The notes below the pieces were generated by a model that saw nothing but the letters and a program-made list of their open reading frames with translations, did no database searches and had not been told where the DNA came from. A stretch of 64,000 nt of DNA. It comes from an uncultured Planctomycetaceae bacterium (GTDB lineage: Bacteria > Planctomycetota > Planctomycetia > Planctomycetales > Planctomycetaceae). Shown here piece by piece: positions 37,486 through 48,876 of this stretch. Made by a program: the position numbers and the translations under genes. Each line of letters begins with the position of its first letter. The stretch's first letter is position 1. The DNA is taken from positions 96,001 to 160,000 of the forward strand of contig CAWFGE010000007.1 of assembly GCA_963815195.1 (NCBI GenBank), in the 5' to 3' direction.

Positions 37486-38715
37486 TCAGTCCACCAGTTG
37501 CACACGGCAGAAGCGTTTTTTGCCGGCCCAAAGGAGCATCCCGTCGGTCACTTCGACTTCTCTGGTGTTTGGGTCGAATTTGATTTTGTCCTCTCCGTGG
37601 GCGGCTCCGCCTTGTTTGATCAGCCGCCCCGCTTCACTCGAAGTGCTGCAAAGACCAAGCAACTTGAACGCCACCGCGAGCGGGATTTTTCCCTCCGTCA
37701 ATTCGCGTTTGCAGAGCGTGGCGACGGGAATGTCTGCGGGCAACGCCTTGTTCGAGATCTCGCGTTCCCACCGCTCGTCCGCGTCGAGCGCCTCGGCTTC
37801 GCTGAAATAGTCCGCGATGATGCTGCGGGCCAACGCCTTTTTCGCCGACTTCGGATCGCCCGCCAGCAGTTGCTCCACGTCATCCAAGGGTTTGTCGGTG
37901 AGGAGTTCAAAATACATCGGCATGAGGGCATCGGGGATCTGCATGAACTTTTTCATCATCTCGTAAGGCGGCTCGCTGATGCCGATGTAGTTCCCCAAAC
38001 TCTTGCCCATGCGCTTGACGCCGTCGATGCCCACGAGAATCGGGGACATCACGCCGATTTGCTGCGGCAGGTTTTGATCTTTTTGGAGCGTCCTGGCGAG
38101 CATGAAGCTGTAAAGCTGCTCGGTGCCGCCGAGTTCGATGTCCGCCCGGATCTTCACCGAGTCCCAAGCCTGCATGATGGGATACAGGCATTCGTGGAGA
38201 TAGATCGGGGTCTCGGCTTTCATGCGTTTGGCGAAGTCGTCGCGGGTCAGAAGTTGGGCCACGGTGACCTTGCCGCAGAGGTTCAGAATGTCGGCGAACG
38301 ACATTTTCCCGAACCAGTCCCCGTTGCGGTGCACCTCGGCTTTCGAGAGGTCCACGACTTTGCCGACCTGGTCGAGATAGTCGCGGGCGTTGGCTTCGAC
38401 CTCGGCTTCGGTGAACTGCTTTTGGCGGGCCTCGTCCCGGCCGCTGGGATCGCCGACCATCGCGGTGTAGTTGCCGATGATGATCACCGCCTGATGCCCC
38501 AACTCCTGGAACTGCCGCATTTTCCGCAAAGGCACGGTATGCCCCAAATGCACGTCCGCCGCGGTGGGATCGATGCCGTATTTCACGCGGAGTGGCGTCC
38601 CCGTCTCGCGGCTGTGCTTCAATTTGGCGGCGAGTTCTTCCTCCGGCACGATTTTCTCGATGCCCCGGCGGATGATCGCAAGTTGTTCTTCGACGGGTGG
38701 AAAGGAAATGGTCAT
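37486..38715 (-). CDS. tyrS: Tyrosine--tRNA ligase
   Basis: [24 protein letters not shown] and KRMGKS motifs, with a C-terminal S4-like domain. Confidence 0.96.
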   Translation of the reverse strand: MTISFPPVEEQLAIIRRGIEKIVPEEELAAKLKHSRETGTPLRVKYGIDPTAADVHLGHTVPLRKMRQFQELGHQAVIIIGNYTAMVGDPSGRDEARQKQFTEAEVEANARDYLDQVGKVVDLSKAEVHRNGDWFGKMSFADILNLCGKVTVAQLLTRDDFAKRMKAETPIYLHECLYPIMQAWDSVKIRADIELGGTEQLYSFMLARTLQKDQNLPQQIGVMSPILVGIDGVKRMGKSLGNYIGISEPPYEMMKKFMQIPDALMPMYFELLTDKPLDDVEQLLAGDPKSAKKALARSIIADYFSEAEALDADERWEREISNKALPADIPVATLCKRELTEGKIPLAVAFKLLGLCSTSSEAGRLIKQGGAAHGEDKIKFDPNTREVEVTDGMLLWAGKKRFCRVQLVD

Positions 38716-38949
38716 GGAATCTGGATCAATGAGATAATGCAGTTTGCTTCACAGGCTCTGACACGGAGCGTAGCAACCTGTTCGCATCGCTTCCAGAGAA
38801 CAAAGTCGCCCATCGCTCCGCGATGGCAGCGAGAAGAAGAGTTTGCATCGAAAGTGAATTGATTTCCAGATAGATCGATAATCCACACTGTGATTTTTTC
38901 GTAGCGGCTACGATCACGTTTTGCGCTACCATCGCGGAGCGAACGGCGA

Positions 38950-39849
38950 CTATTGGCCCGGCGGGATGAGCAGGGCCCAGATCAGCATCCAGGCGTTGAA
39001 CAAGGCGTGCGTCGTGACCGAGGCGAGATAGCTCCGAGAGCGGTAATACACCCCGCCCAAAACCAAAGCCAACGGCAACAGGGGAATCATGTCCGGCCAG
39101 CCGTGCACCGAGGCAAAGATCACCGCCGTCATCGGCCACGCCACGCGGACCGGCAGCCATCGTAAGAGGGCCGATTGCAGCACCACGCGGTAAATCAGTT
39201 CCTCCACCAAGGGGGCCACGATCATCACCGACAGCGCGATCCAGAACACCGTGTCGGCTCCCGGATTTTCCCGCAGGAAGTTGAAAAACGGATGTTGCGT
39301 TTCCGTGGACCGGAAGGGACTCGTCGCGAGCAGCAGCGAATACACCGGCAAAAGACTCGCCAAAAACGCCAAGCCGCCCACTGCCAACTGCCAACCTTGG
39401 ATGCGAAATCCATAATCCCGAAGCGAAATGGGGGACGCGGTGAGCAACAGCCCCAATACCAAGACCCACTCGATAATGCCGGTCAGAACGATCGAATAAA
39501 GCGCGTCCCGCGTCATGTCCGGGGCCGGCGGGTTTGGGGGAGCCTGGTAATGGTTCCACAGGCTTTGCCCGATCAAATAGATCACCAAAGCCAGCGCGGG
39601 GAGAGGGACCGTGGGCGGCGGATCGGAAGCATGATCCTCCAGCACCGGGCCGGGCAATTTCCCAAAATAGAACAGACACCACACCCAACCGCTGGCGAGC
39701 AACATCACCGCCAAACTCGCCACTGGAAAAATCAAACCGCCGTCCTTTCCCCGAAAGCCTCCACCCGTCTGCCGCCAAGTTATCGCCCCGCGATTGGTCC
39801 GGTCAACCACGTCTGGCGGTGGGTTTGAGAGAAATCGAGTTCGCGCCAC
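38950..39849 (-). CDS. CPBP family intramembrane glutamic endopeptidase (start uncertain)
   Basis: Multiple TM segments; EELIYR, FASVH and THALFNA motifs. Confidence 0.85.
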   Translation of the reverse strand: MARTRFLSNPPPDVVDRTNRGAITWRQTGGGFRGKDGGLIFPVASLAVMLLASGWVWCLFYFGKLPGPVLEDHASDPPPTVPLPALALVIYLIGQSLWNHYQAPPNPPAPDMTRDALYSIVLTGIIEWVLVLGLLLTASPISLRDYGFRIQGWQLAVGGLAFLASLLPVYSLLLATSPFRSTETQHPFFNFLRENPGADTVFWIALSVMIVAPLVEELIYRVVLQSALLRWLPVRVAWPMTAVIFASVHGWPDMIPLLPLALVLGGVYYRSRSYLASVTTHALFNAWMLIWALLIPPGQ

Positions 39850-39886
39850 CCGAAAACCGGTGGGTTTGAGAGAAATCGAGTTCGCG
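39817..39886. repeat. Perfect 29-bp direct repeat (period 41) in the divergent CPBP/trpC region
   Basis: CGGTGGGTTTGAGAGAAATCGAGTTCGCG at 39817-39845 and 39858-39886. Confidence 0.9.
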
Positions 39887-39893
39887 ATATGAT
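39866..39893 (+). promoter_or_regulatory. Putative sigma70 promoter of trpC
   Basis: TTGAGA, 16-nt spacer, TATGAT, ~40 nt upstream of the trpC start. Confidence 0.45.
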
Positions 39894-39934
39894 CGGGAAG
39901 ATTTCATCAGATCCTTCAACCGATCGAGGACATT

Positions 39935-40717
39935 GTGACCGATATCCTGGAGACGATTGTTTCCCGCAAGCGCGAGGAAATCGCCGCGGCGAAAGATCGG
40001 CATTCGCTTGCGGAATTGGAACGCAAACTTCCCGAAGCTCCGCCGGTGCGGGATTTTGTCGCGGCTCTCAAAAACGCCGAGGGCCTGGGCCTCATTGCGG
40101 AAATCAAAAAAGCCTCACCGTCGGCGGGAATCATCCGGGCAGATTTCGATCCGGTCCAGATCGCGAGGATTTATGCCGAAAGCGGCGCCCACTGTCTGAG
40201 CGTGTTAACCGATGAGCCTTTCTTCCAGGGGCATTTGGATTATCTGGTGCAGGTGCGGGACGCGGTCACGCTTCCCGTGCTGCGGAAGGATTTTTTGCTC
40301 GATCCGTATCAGATCGTAGAAGCCCGGGCCGCGGGGGCGGATTGTGTGCTCTTGATCGCCGAGTGCTTGGATGATGCCTCGCTTGCGGAGCTTTACAGCA
40401 AAGCCCAGAACCTGGGGATGTCGGCTCTCGTGGAGATTTACGATCCTGAAAACCTGGAGCGGGTCTTGAAGCTCGATCCGCCGATGATCGGCATCAACAA
40501 CCGAAACTTAAAAACCTTCGTGACCGATCTCGATCACACCCTTAAGTTATGCCCGCGGATTCCTGAAGACTGCCTGATCATCAGCGAGAGCGGCATTCGC
40601 ACGCGCGATGATGTGCTCAGGCTGGCCTCGGCCGGCGTTCGCGGTATGCTGGTGGGCGAAACCCTGATGCGCTCCGAACCCATCGCCGCCAAGGTCCGCG
40701 AACTTTTGGGCCGCTGA
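39935..40717 (+). CDS. trpC: Indole-3-glycerol phosphate synthase
   Basis: LIAEIKKASPSAG, LSVLTD, LRKDF, IGINNRNL and SESGI motifs. Confidence 0.97.
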   Translation: MTDILETIVSRKREEIAAAKDRHSLAELERKLPEAPPVRDFVAALKNAEGLGLIAEIKKASPSAGIIRADFDPVQIARIYAESGAHCLSVLTDEPFFQGHLDYLVQVRDAVTLPVLRKDFLLDPYQIVEARAAGADCVLLIAECLDDASLAELYSKAQNLGMSALVEIYDPENLERVLKLDPPMIGINNRNLKTFVTDLDHTLKLCPRIPEDCLIISESGIRTRDDVLRLASAGVRGMLVGETLMRSEPIAAKVRELLGR

Positions 40718-40788
40718 AGGCCAACTTTCGCGGGGTGGCAGTTGCAATAAGTTGCCAGCTGGCGGTCACAGAATGGCCTTGGTCAGTT

Positions 40789-41730
40789 TTATTCTTGACG
40801 TTCGACGAATCCGCACGTCGGCAATGCAGCTTTGAACTTCTTTTTCCCCTCCTCGGTAATCTGGGTCCCTTGGACATCTAAAGATCGGAGCGATTTCATA
40901 TTGCTCAAATGCATCAGCCCGGCATCGGTCACCTTGGTATGATTAATCAAAAGGCTTTCGATCTTCAGGCCCTTCAGGTGCAACAGCCCGGCATCGGTGA
41001 TTTTGGTTTTGCCAAGGCTCAAACTACGCAGGTTGGTCAGCCCTTTCATGTAAACCAAGCCCTCATCGGTGACCGCACTCCCCCACAAGGACAAGCGCAG
41101 TTTACTCAGCCCTTTGAGGTGGACGAACCCGGGGCCGGTGACTTGAGTGCGACCTAGGTCCAGCGACCGTAGCCCGGTCAACCTCGTCAAGTGAGCCAGG
41201 GCCGCATCGGTGACCTTCGTCCCGCCCAGGCCCAGACTTGCCAGCTTGGTCATGTTTTTCAGATGCGCGAGACCGGCATCGGTCATGTTGGTGTTGACCA
41301 GGTCAAGGATCCGCAGGTCCGTGAGCCCCTCGAGATGAGCCAGCCCGTTGCCGGTGATCTTCGTGCCGTAAAGTGAAAGAAATTGCAGGCCGGTGAACTC
41401 CTTGAGGTGGGCAAGCCCGGCGTCGGTGATCCCGGTCTCTTCGAGATACAGCCATTCGAGTCTGGGCAGGCCTTCCAATTGAGCGAGCGAGGCGTCGTTG
41501 ACCTTGCTGCTTTGCATTAGCATCATGTATATCCCCGGTTTAATTTTCGTTCCGGTTATGATATCTTTGGTCGCTTTTTCGAGACCGGCGATCCCTCCCA
41601 GACGCCTGGCGACGACACGCGCCTTCTTGAGCGCCTCGCTCTGATTATTCCCGTCCTCGTCGGTCTGGGCGGCCGCGGCCGCCGTCGTGAAGCACATGAT
41701 GAAAACCGCAGTAACACGTAGAATTGCCAT
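40789..41730 (-). CDS. Secreted leucine-rich-repeat protein (planctomycete-type ~24-aa LRRs)
   Basis: Signal-like N-terminus and repeated ITDAGLAHLKxLTxLxxLxL units. Confidence 0.9.
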   Translation of the reverse strand: MAILRVTAVFIMCFTTAAAAAQTDEDGNNQSEALKKARVVARRLGGIAGLEKATKDIITGTKIKPGIYMMLMQSSKVNDASLAQLEGLPRLEWLYLEETGITDAGLAHLKEFTGLQFLSLYGTKITGNGLAHLEGLTDLRILDLVNTNMTDAGLAHLKNMTKLASLGLGGTKVTDAALAHLTRLTGLRSLDLGRTQVTGPGFVHLKGLSKLRLSLWGSAVTDEGLVYMKGLTNLRSLSLGKTKITDAGLLHLKGLKIESLLINHTKVTDAGLMHLSNMKSLRSLDVQGTQITEEGKKKFKAALPTCGFVERQE

Positions 41731-41873
41731 CGCTTCCTCCCTTAGACTTCAAAGTACGATTGCTCGACTGTCGCAGTTCGAGATTACTCGTTAGTCTACA
41801 ACCGCTTGTCGGTCAGGTCGATGTCCGTGGCCTTTTCCATTGCGCGCAACGAACTTCTTGAGGAACCCAACCC

Positions 41874-42473
41874 ATGAACGAAAGCCAACCCGTGGAACAG
41901 ATTCTGGTGGTGCCGACTTTGCTTTTTCACGAGTTGGGATATTTTCAGGGGTTCTGTGCGGATGTGGATCGGTATTTGAAAACTTTGCTCGATCCGGCCC
42001 ACGTCAGCTATCGGCCCCGGCCGGAAATGGAGAACGATCCGAGTTACAAACAGCTCATTCCCTACTGCATCTTTCAGTTTGAGGACCGGATTTTTCATTA
42101 CCGCCGGGGCACCGACCAGGGCGAAGCCCGGCTGCACAGCAAACGCTCCATCGGCATCGGCGGGCATATTTCCTCCGAAGACGAGGCTGGCTCGAACGCT
42201 TACGAAGAAGGCATGCGGCGGGAAATCGCGGAGGAGGTGTACCTCGAAACAGGCGTCCGGCAGGAGTGCATCGGGCTGATCAACGATGACGAAACCGAGG
42301 TCGGGCGGGTGCATTTGGGCGTTGTGCACCGATTTCATCTGGACTCGCCCAAAGTTCGGCCCCGCGAAGCGTCGATTATGGAAACAGGCTTTGCCGCGCC
42401 TGCGGATTTGGCGGGTTCTCGGGATGAGTTTGAAACCTGGTCCCAGATCTGTTTAGAATACCTTCTGCGCTGA
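41874..42473 (+). CDS. NUDIX/MutT-like predicted phosphoesterase
   Basis: [19 protein letters not shown], Nudix-like GMRREIAEE, and VGRVHLG. Confidence 0.8.
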   Translation: MNESQPVEQILVVPTLLFHELGYFQGFCADVDRYLKTLLDPAHVSYRPRPEMENDPSYKQLIPYCIFQFEDRIFHYRRGTDQGEARLHSKRSIGIGGHISSEDEAGSNAYEEGMRREIAEEVYLETGVRQECIGLINDDETEVGRVHLGVVHRFHLDSPKVRPREASIMETGFAAPADLAGSRDEFETWSQICLEYLLR

Positions 42474-42533
42474 GCTGATTTTTGCCCTTCAAAACCTCCG
42501 TGTTTCGGATGTGACAAAGGAGTGTCGCTGCCC

Positions 42534-43097
42534 ATGACAATTTCTTCGCGTGGTTGGTTTGTGGTGGCCGGGTTTGCCGCCGTGGTCATTGGCGTGGCGA
42601 GTTTGGGGTTTTCCCCCGGGATGGCCGCCCAGTCGGCGGGCCAGTCCTTCACGGAAGACAGCCTGGGGCAGTCGCTCGAGTCTCTGGGCCTCAAGACGCG
42701 AAAAGACAAGCACCGCTATGATTTCAGCTTCAAGGCGGACTTTCAGGGCGAGGAATGGGAGTTCACCATGTCCGCCGTTCTCAGCCAGAACGGGGAATCG
42801 CTGTGGGTGATGGCCTGGCTCGATGAGTTGCCCAAATCGGCGACGGCCGTTCCGAAGACCGCGCTCCTGCGGCTCCTCGCCAACAACGACCGCCTGGGCA
42901 AAGGCAAGTTCTTCGCTTACGTTCACGAAAACCGCCGGTTCGTGATGCAGCGGGTTCTCGACAACCGGGACCTCGACGGCGACAAACTCCGCGCGGTGCT
43001 CCAGGACCTCGGCGGCAGCGTCGCGGAAACCTACGAATTCTGGGCCGTCGATCAATGGAGCCAGAACCAAACCACCCACGCCACCGCGACGCAATAG
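42534..43097 (+). CDS. Exported protein with a CesT/YbjN-like (type III chaperone-like) fold
   Basis: Signal peptide; LSQNGESLWVMAWL...LLRLLANND...FVMQRVLDNRDL pattern. Confidence 0.6.
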   Translation: MTISSRGWFVVAGFAAVVIGVASLGFSPGMAAQSAGQSFTEDSLGQSLESLGLKTRKDKHRYDFSFKADFQGEEWEFTMSAVLSQNGESLWVMAWLDELPKSATAVPKTALLRLLANNDRLGKGKFFAYVHENRRFVMQRVLDNRDLDGDKLRAVLQDLGGSVAETYEFWAVDQWSQNQTTHATATQ

Positions 43098-43124
43098 AGA
43101 GTTCCAAGTTCCAAGTTTCAGGTT

Positions 43125-43157
43125 CGCCCGGAGCATTGGCTGCGGGCGTTTTTTTTT
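43125..43157 (+). terminator. Intrinsic terminator
   Basis: CGCCCG...CGGGCG followed by T9. Confidence 0.7.
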
Positions 43158-43301
43158 CGCCCCGCGATTTTCCGCGAAGGTTTGCGAAACAGGCCTGCGG
43201 GTGCTCCTCCCGTTGCGGCGGCCTTGCAAATCGGCGGGAGCCTGCTAGTTTGAGCGTTTTCCTGGCCTAAACTTGTCGTTTTTTATTGCGGGGCAATATC
43301 G

Positions 43302-45178
43302 TTGGGGGAGAAACTCGGGCGTTTTATCAAGTTCCTGGAATTCCATTCATCGGGCAAATGGCTGATTTTGTCCTCGATGATTGGCGTGGTGGCCGGTCTC
43401 GGCGCGATTACATTTCAACTGCTGAGCCAGGTCATCATTCATTTTACGCTCAGCGGGATCGGCGGATTTGCGCCCCAGGAAGCCGAGGGCGAGTATCATA
43501 TCTTCCCGCACGTCAAAAATGAATTGTCGCTGACCAACCTGATGATCATCATCACCGCCGGCGGGTTGGCGTCGGGGTTTTTGGTCTATACGTTTGCCCC
43601 GGAAGCCGAGGGGCACGGCACCGATGCCGCGATCGACGCCTTCCATAACAAGCGGGGCATGATCCGCGCCCGGATTCCGATCATCAAGACCCTGGCGTCG
43701 GCGATTACCATCGGCACGGGCGGATCGGGCGGGCGGGAAGGACCGATCGCCCAGATCGGGGCGGGGTTCGGTTCGTTTCTGGCGACGAAATTGAACCTCT
43801 CGGCGCGGGACCGGCGAATTATGCTGGCGGCCGGGATGGGGGCCGGCGTGGGGGCGATCTTCCGCGCGCCGCTCGCCGGGGCGCTGTTCGCCGGGGAAAT
43901 TATGTACCGCGACGCCGATCTCGAATCCGACGTGATCGTGCCCGCGGCGATCGCGTCGATCGTCGGCTACAGTGTGTACGGATTGTCGCTGCCGTCTGAG
44001 ATTTGGTTCTCGCCGCTGTTGGGCAACAAGTTGAAATACACCCTCGGCTCGCCTCTGGAACTCTTCTCTTACGGCGTGTTGTCGCTGGTGCTCGTGGTCG
44101 TGGCGGTGATCTACATCAAGGTGTTCTACGGCACGCACAAGCTGTTTAAGAAACTGCCGATCCCGCCGCACTTCCGCCCGGCGATCGGGGCGGCCCTCGC
44201 CGGGTTGTGCGGGATTGCATTTTATCTGGCGATGGATCGGGAACCGCATGCGATGGCGGTGCTCTCCACGGGCTACGGCTCCCTGCAGCAGGCTCTGATC
44301 GAGGGCGGGGCCTTGGCGGACAAATCCCGCGAGGGACTGGTCGTGCTGTTGCTGTTGATCGCGCTCATCAAAATCGTCACGACATCGCTGACGATCAGTT
44401 CCGGCGGCTCGGGCGGCGTGTTCGGGCCTTCGATGGTGATCGGCGGATGTCTGGGGGCCGCGGTCGGGCAGTATTTTCAACGGTTTGAAGCCGCCTATCC
44501 CAACTGGGTGGCCAATCCGCAGGCGTACGCAATCGTGGGGATGGCGGGCTTTTTCGCGGGCTGCGCCATGCGCCGTTTTCGACGATCATCATGGTCTCGG
44601 AACTGACGGGCGATTATCACCTGCTCCTGCCGACGATGTGGTGCTCGATGCTCTGCTTTTTAATGTGCCGGCGTTGGAGCCTTTACGACAAGCAAGTCCC
44701 CACCCGGCTGGAATCGCCCGCGCACCGCGGGGATTTCATCGTGGATGTCCTCGAGGGGCTCCGCGTGGCCGATGCCTACCGCAAAGATCGCAAGATGATC
44801 TACATTCCCGAATCGATGTCCCTGGACGACATCGTGCACACCCTCGCCAAGACCAACCAGCATTACTTCCCGGTCATCGACAAGAACGAAAAGCTCGTCG
44901 GCATATTCTCCTCGGACGATGTGCGGAGTTGGCTGTATGACGATTCCATCTGGAAGCTCGCCGTGGCGCGGGACGTGATGGTCACGAACATCGTCAGCGT
45001 CACGCCGGACGACGACCTCAACACGGCCCTCCAAAGGTTCACGGCCCTCAATCTCGACGAGCTGCCCGTCTTGGACCCCGAAGACCGCGGCAAACTCCTG
45101 GGCATGCTCCGCCGCAAAGAAACCATCGCCGCCTACAACCAAAACCTGATGAGGCACAAACAGGCGCTGGAAGTCTAG
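43302..45178 (+). CDS. ClC family chloride channel/antiporter with C-terminal CBS pair (apparent frameshift at ~44567)
   Basis: GHGTD, GREGP and GVFGP motifs. The APFSTIIMVSELTG segment and CBS domains are in the second frame. Confidence 0.92.
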
Positions 45179-45664
45179 CTGAATCGCCTTTGAGGCCGGC
45201 GGTCAATAAACGGAACTTGCATGTTACGGGAAGAAAATCACCTGCCCATAAACATGGTTCTTCCGGCGAATGAGGGGGGCAACGACGACGGTGTTACAGA
45301 ATATCTTGTGTGCTCTTTCATCGTTGCCGAGGACATAGATGCCATCGCCACCAACCACTCGGCGATCTCGCGGCATGGTATTTCATGCCGGTGAATCAGC
45401 AGCGGCGGCGGGTCTGCCATCTGTTCGTCGCGGATGGCATAATTGTTTTCGATTGCCCACGAAATGAGATCGCCGTCGAGCGTGCCGTAGTCCGTGCACC
45501 GTCGCTTTCAACCCAAACGACTTCGATCTCAAGGTTGGCGATGGACGATGGCTGAGCCATCGCCGCGAGAAGTTCGTTTGAAATCGTTTATTAGCCCGCC
45601 TTCTGATCGCTCAGCTTGTCGCTACATGGCTTGCGTCACGAACGAACTCGCCCGTGACGAATCG

Positions 45665-45693
45665 AAAAAAGCCACGACTGACACAGCCGTGGC
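45665..45693 (-). terminator. Intrinsic terminator downstream of the 48-aa sORF
   Basis: Minus strand GCCACGGCTG-TGT-CAGTCGTGGC-TTTTTT. Confidence 0.75.
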
Positions 45694-45756
45694 GCGGGAG
45701 GGGTTCGTTTGGGAGAGAGGGATTTGGGGAGCATCGGGACAATGGTTCGCTGGTTC

Positions 45757-45903
45757 TCAATCAAACTCCGCGAGCGCGTTGTCAAAATCGTCCGGGTCGG
45801 GCTGAAACACCAGCATGTCGAGCCAATGGGCCGCATGGTGCAGATCGGTTTCCATCGATTCCGTGAGACAAGCCAGGATTTCGGACGTGTGGGCGAAGTG
45901 CAT
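45757..45903 (-). CDS. Unannotated 48-aa acidic small protein MHFAHTSEILACLTESMETDLHHAAHWLDMLVFQPDPDDFDNALAEFD
   Basis: AAAAGGA RBS upstream, GC3-rich codons and a terminator downstream. Too short for the ORF track. Confidence 0.6.
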   Translation of the reverse strand: MHFAHTSEILACLTESMETDLHHAAHWLDMLVFQPDPDDFDNALAEFD

Positions 45904-46217
45904 GCGGAAGTCCTTTTCTATGCGTCAAAAGGGTGGAGAAATAGAAGGGAGAGAGGGATTTGTCGTTGCCGGGAATTGTTGTCGGGATGCTCATTCCTTA
46001 AAGCACGTCGCGTGCCAAAGCGGAAAACGCCGGGAGATTTTCGCCGTTTGCCTTGTTTTCTGCGGAACGAGTCGTTCTTGTGATTGAGACATGGCGTGGG
46101 CCTGGGAAAAAAATGCAAGGACCCGCCCCGATTCGGGGACACCTTTACCAAATTCATCAACGGTAGATAACGGCTCGCCAAAAGACTGAAAAACGACAAC
46201 TGAAAACCGAGGCAAGA

Positions 46218-47952
46218 ATGATTTCAACTTGGGCAACGCTGGGCATCCTGGCGGCGGGGATGGCCGTGGTCATTGGCGGGATTCTGGCCCTCAGGCTGCA
46301 CGCGTTCTTGGCGTTGATCTTCGGAGCCTTGCTCGTCAGCGCCCTGACGCCCCAAGCCGCGGTCGTGAACCACGCCGCCGGCCGCGATGGTTTTCCGCTT
46401 GTCTCCGCCGGGAGTTACCAGGCGTTTTTCACCGCGGAGGGAAAAGAACGCAGGGGTCAATTTGGGAAAGGACGCGTCCTTGCCAAGCTGGGGCCGAAGC
46501 AATCGGCCGCCGTCGGCCGCGAGATGCTGTTGATCTCCCTTCCGAATCTCGAACCCCTGGGCCGGTTTCGCGTCGAAGAGATCGTGAAAGCCAGGCAGCA
46601 GGAAACCTCCAAACGCCGGGACATGCTGGCCGTCCTGAAACCGATCGATGAACAGGCCGAACGCCTCGCGGAAATTCCGGCCGACGCGGTGGCGATCGAT
46701 CCCGCGGCGCTCGCGGCCGCGAAAAGCCTGGGCAACGCCACCATCGGCCAGCGCGTGGCCTCAGGTTTCGGTAGCACCTGCGCAAACATCGGCATCTTGA
46801 TCGCGATGGCGTCGATCATCGGCAAATGCCTGCTCGACAGCGGGGCCGCCGACCGCATCGTGCGCACCGCCCTCGGCTGGTGGGGCGAGCGCGGGGCACC
46901 CCTGGCGTTTTTGTTCAGCGGGTTTTTGCTGGGAATTCCCGTGTTTTTCGACACCGTGTTCTACTTGATGATCCCCTTGGGCAAAGCCCTGCAAATGCAG
47001 ACCCGGCGGAATTATCTGCTCTATGTGCTGAGCATCGTGGCCGGGGCGACGATGGCCCATTCCCTCGTCCCGCCCACGCCCGGACCGCTGTTGGTCGCCG
47101 AGCAGTTGGGGATCGACGTGGGCGTGATGATCCTCGCCGGCGGAATCGTCGGCTTCTTCGCGGCGGGCTTCGGCTACGTCTACGCGACGTTCGCCAACCG
47201 GATTTGGGAACTGCCGCTCCGCGAGTCGCCCGATTTTTCTTTGAAGGACCTGGAAGCCGTCGCCCAGCGGGACATCAGCGAACTCCCGCCGTTCTGGCTG
47301 GCCTTGACGCCGATTCTATTGCCGGTCGTGCTCATCGGCGGCTACACGATTTTGAGCCCCCTGTTGCCCGCCGGGTTCTGGAAGAAAACCGCCGCCACGC
47401 TGGGCGACAAAAACATCGCCCTCGTCCTCTCGGGAATCATCGCAATGCTGATGCTAGCCTGGCAGAAGCGAACCAGTTGGAAAGCCCTTGCGGAACCCAT
47501 GCAAGCCGCGCTCGCCAGCGGGGGCGTGATCATCCTCATCACCGCGGCGGGCGGAGCCTTCGGCAGCGTGCTTCAGCAGACGGGCGTTTCGGGATTGATC
47601 GGCCAACTTTCCACCACCGAACCGAGCGTGGTCGTGCTGTTGGCATTCGCCATCACCACCGCAATCCGCACCGCACAAGGTTCCGCGACCGTCGCCATGA
47701 TCACCGCCGTGGGCATCCTGGGCGGCATCGAGCGCGGACCTGACCTTTCATCCCGTGTATCTCGCGCTCGCCATCGGCTGCGGCTCCAAGCCCATCGCCT
47801 GGATGAACGACAGCGGCTTTTGGGTCATCACGAAAATGAGCGGCATGAGCGAAGCCGAGGGCCTGAAATACGTCACCCCCATGACCACCAGCATGGGCAT
47901 CGTGGGGTTGATTGTGACCCTCATCGGCGTCAATTTTTTCCCGAACTTTTAG
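46218..47952 (+). CDS. GntP family permease with an inserted soluble loop domain (apparent frameshift at ~47732)
   Basis: LHAFLALI, GIPVFFDTVF, HSLVPPTPGP, AQGSATVAMIT and WMNDSGFW motifs. Confidence 0.92.
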
Positions 47953-48007
47953 AGCACTGGGAAACAATGATCCTTAAGGATCGCTCGATAAATAACGGTC
48001 GCATTTA

Positions 48008-48070
48008 TGAGCCGCAGGGCGCTAGCCCCGGTTCATGGGAAGAACCGGACACGAGCGCAGTTCCGGCTGA
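48008..48070. repeat. REP-like inverted pair
   Basis: TGAGCCGCAGGGCGCTAGCCCCGGTTC plus a degenerate inverted partner. The core matches 52305-52322 as its reverse complement. Confidence 0.6.
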
Positions 48071-48876
48071 TAATTAGACAGTTATTTCTCGAAGGTCCTA
48101 AGCGGCCTTGCCAAGGCTTGTTTCCGCGGGTTCCTGCGCTTTTCCGCGGTTTGGGTTGGGCCCCCGCTTTGGGCCACGAGCGAAACCGCAGCCGCATGAG
48201 CGTGAACGCGTAACTCAAGATAAAGGCGAACAGGTTCCGCTTGCTTTCGCCTTCATCGCGCCGCTTGAACGTAAAAGGCACTTCCTTAATCCGCAGCGGA
48301 CCGCCGTCGTGCGCGAGGCCCACCATGATTTCTTCCACCACGTCAAAGTTGTCGCAGCGAAGATCCAAGGCCCGCAAGCGGTCGCCGTCGTAGACCTTAT
48401 AACTATTGGACATATCCCGGCACGGAATGCCTAGCACGATTGCATAGGTCATATTGAGGACCCGACTCATCAGTTCCAGGATCGCGGCGTTTTCCGTGCT
48501 GCCGCCGCGGACATATCGCGAGGCAATCACCAGATCGTGCTCCCAGGCGTGCTTGTAGAGCTCCTGAATAAACTCCGGCGGATGCGAGCCGTCGGCGTCC
48601 ATAAACACCACATGCAGCCCGCGCGTTTCCCGGATCCCCGTGCGATAGGCGTCGCCGAAGTCATTCGAAGGCGAGCGGTTGATGCAGCGAATGCCGTGGC
48701 CCGCGCAAATCTCCGCCGTCTCGTCCCGGGGCGCAGACGGTATCTATCACCAGGACCTCATAAGAGATCCCCATGGCCGCCAGCGACTCGTTGAGCCTCG
48801 GCAAGAGAATCTTCAAGTTTGCCGCCTCTTCATAAGCCGGCAGCACGACGCTCAACGCGATATTAGTTTGCAACAT
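48033..48876 (-). CDS. Glycosyltransferase family 2, polyprenol-phosphate glycosyltransferase (DPM1-like); apparent frameshift at ~48733
   Basis: [33 protein letters not shown] and [10 protein letters not shown]. Confidence 0.88.

Noticed and set aside
43302..45178. Fluoride-specific CLC-F with riboswitch
   Set aside because: The motifs are GHGTD/GREGP/GVFGP, not the CLC-F GREGT/GEVTP signatures, and no riboswitch was seen.
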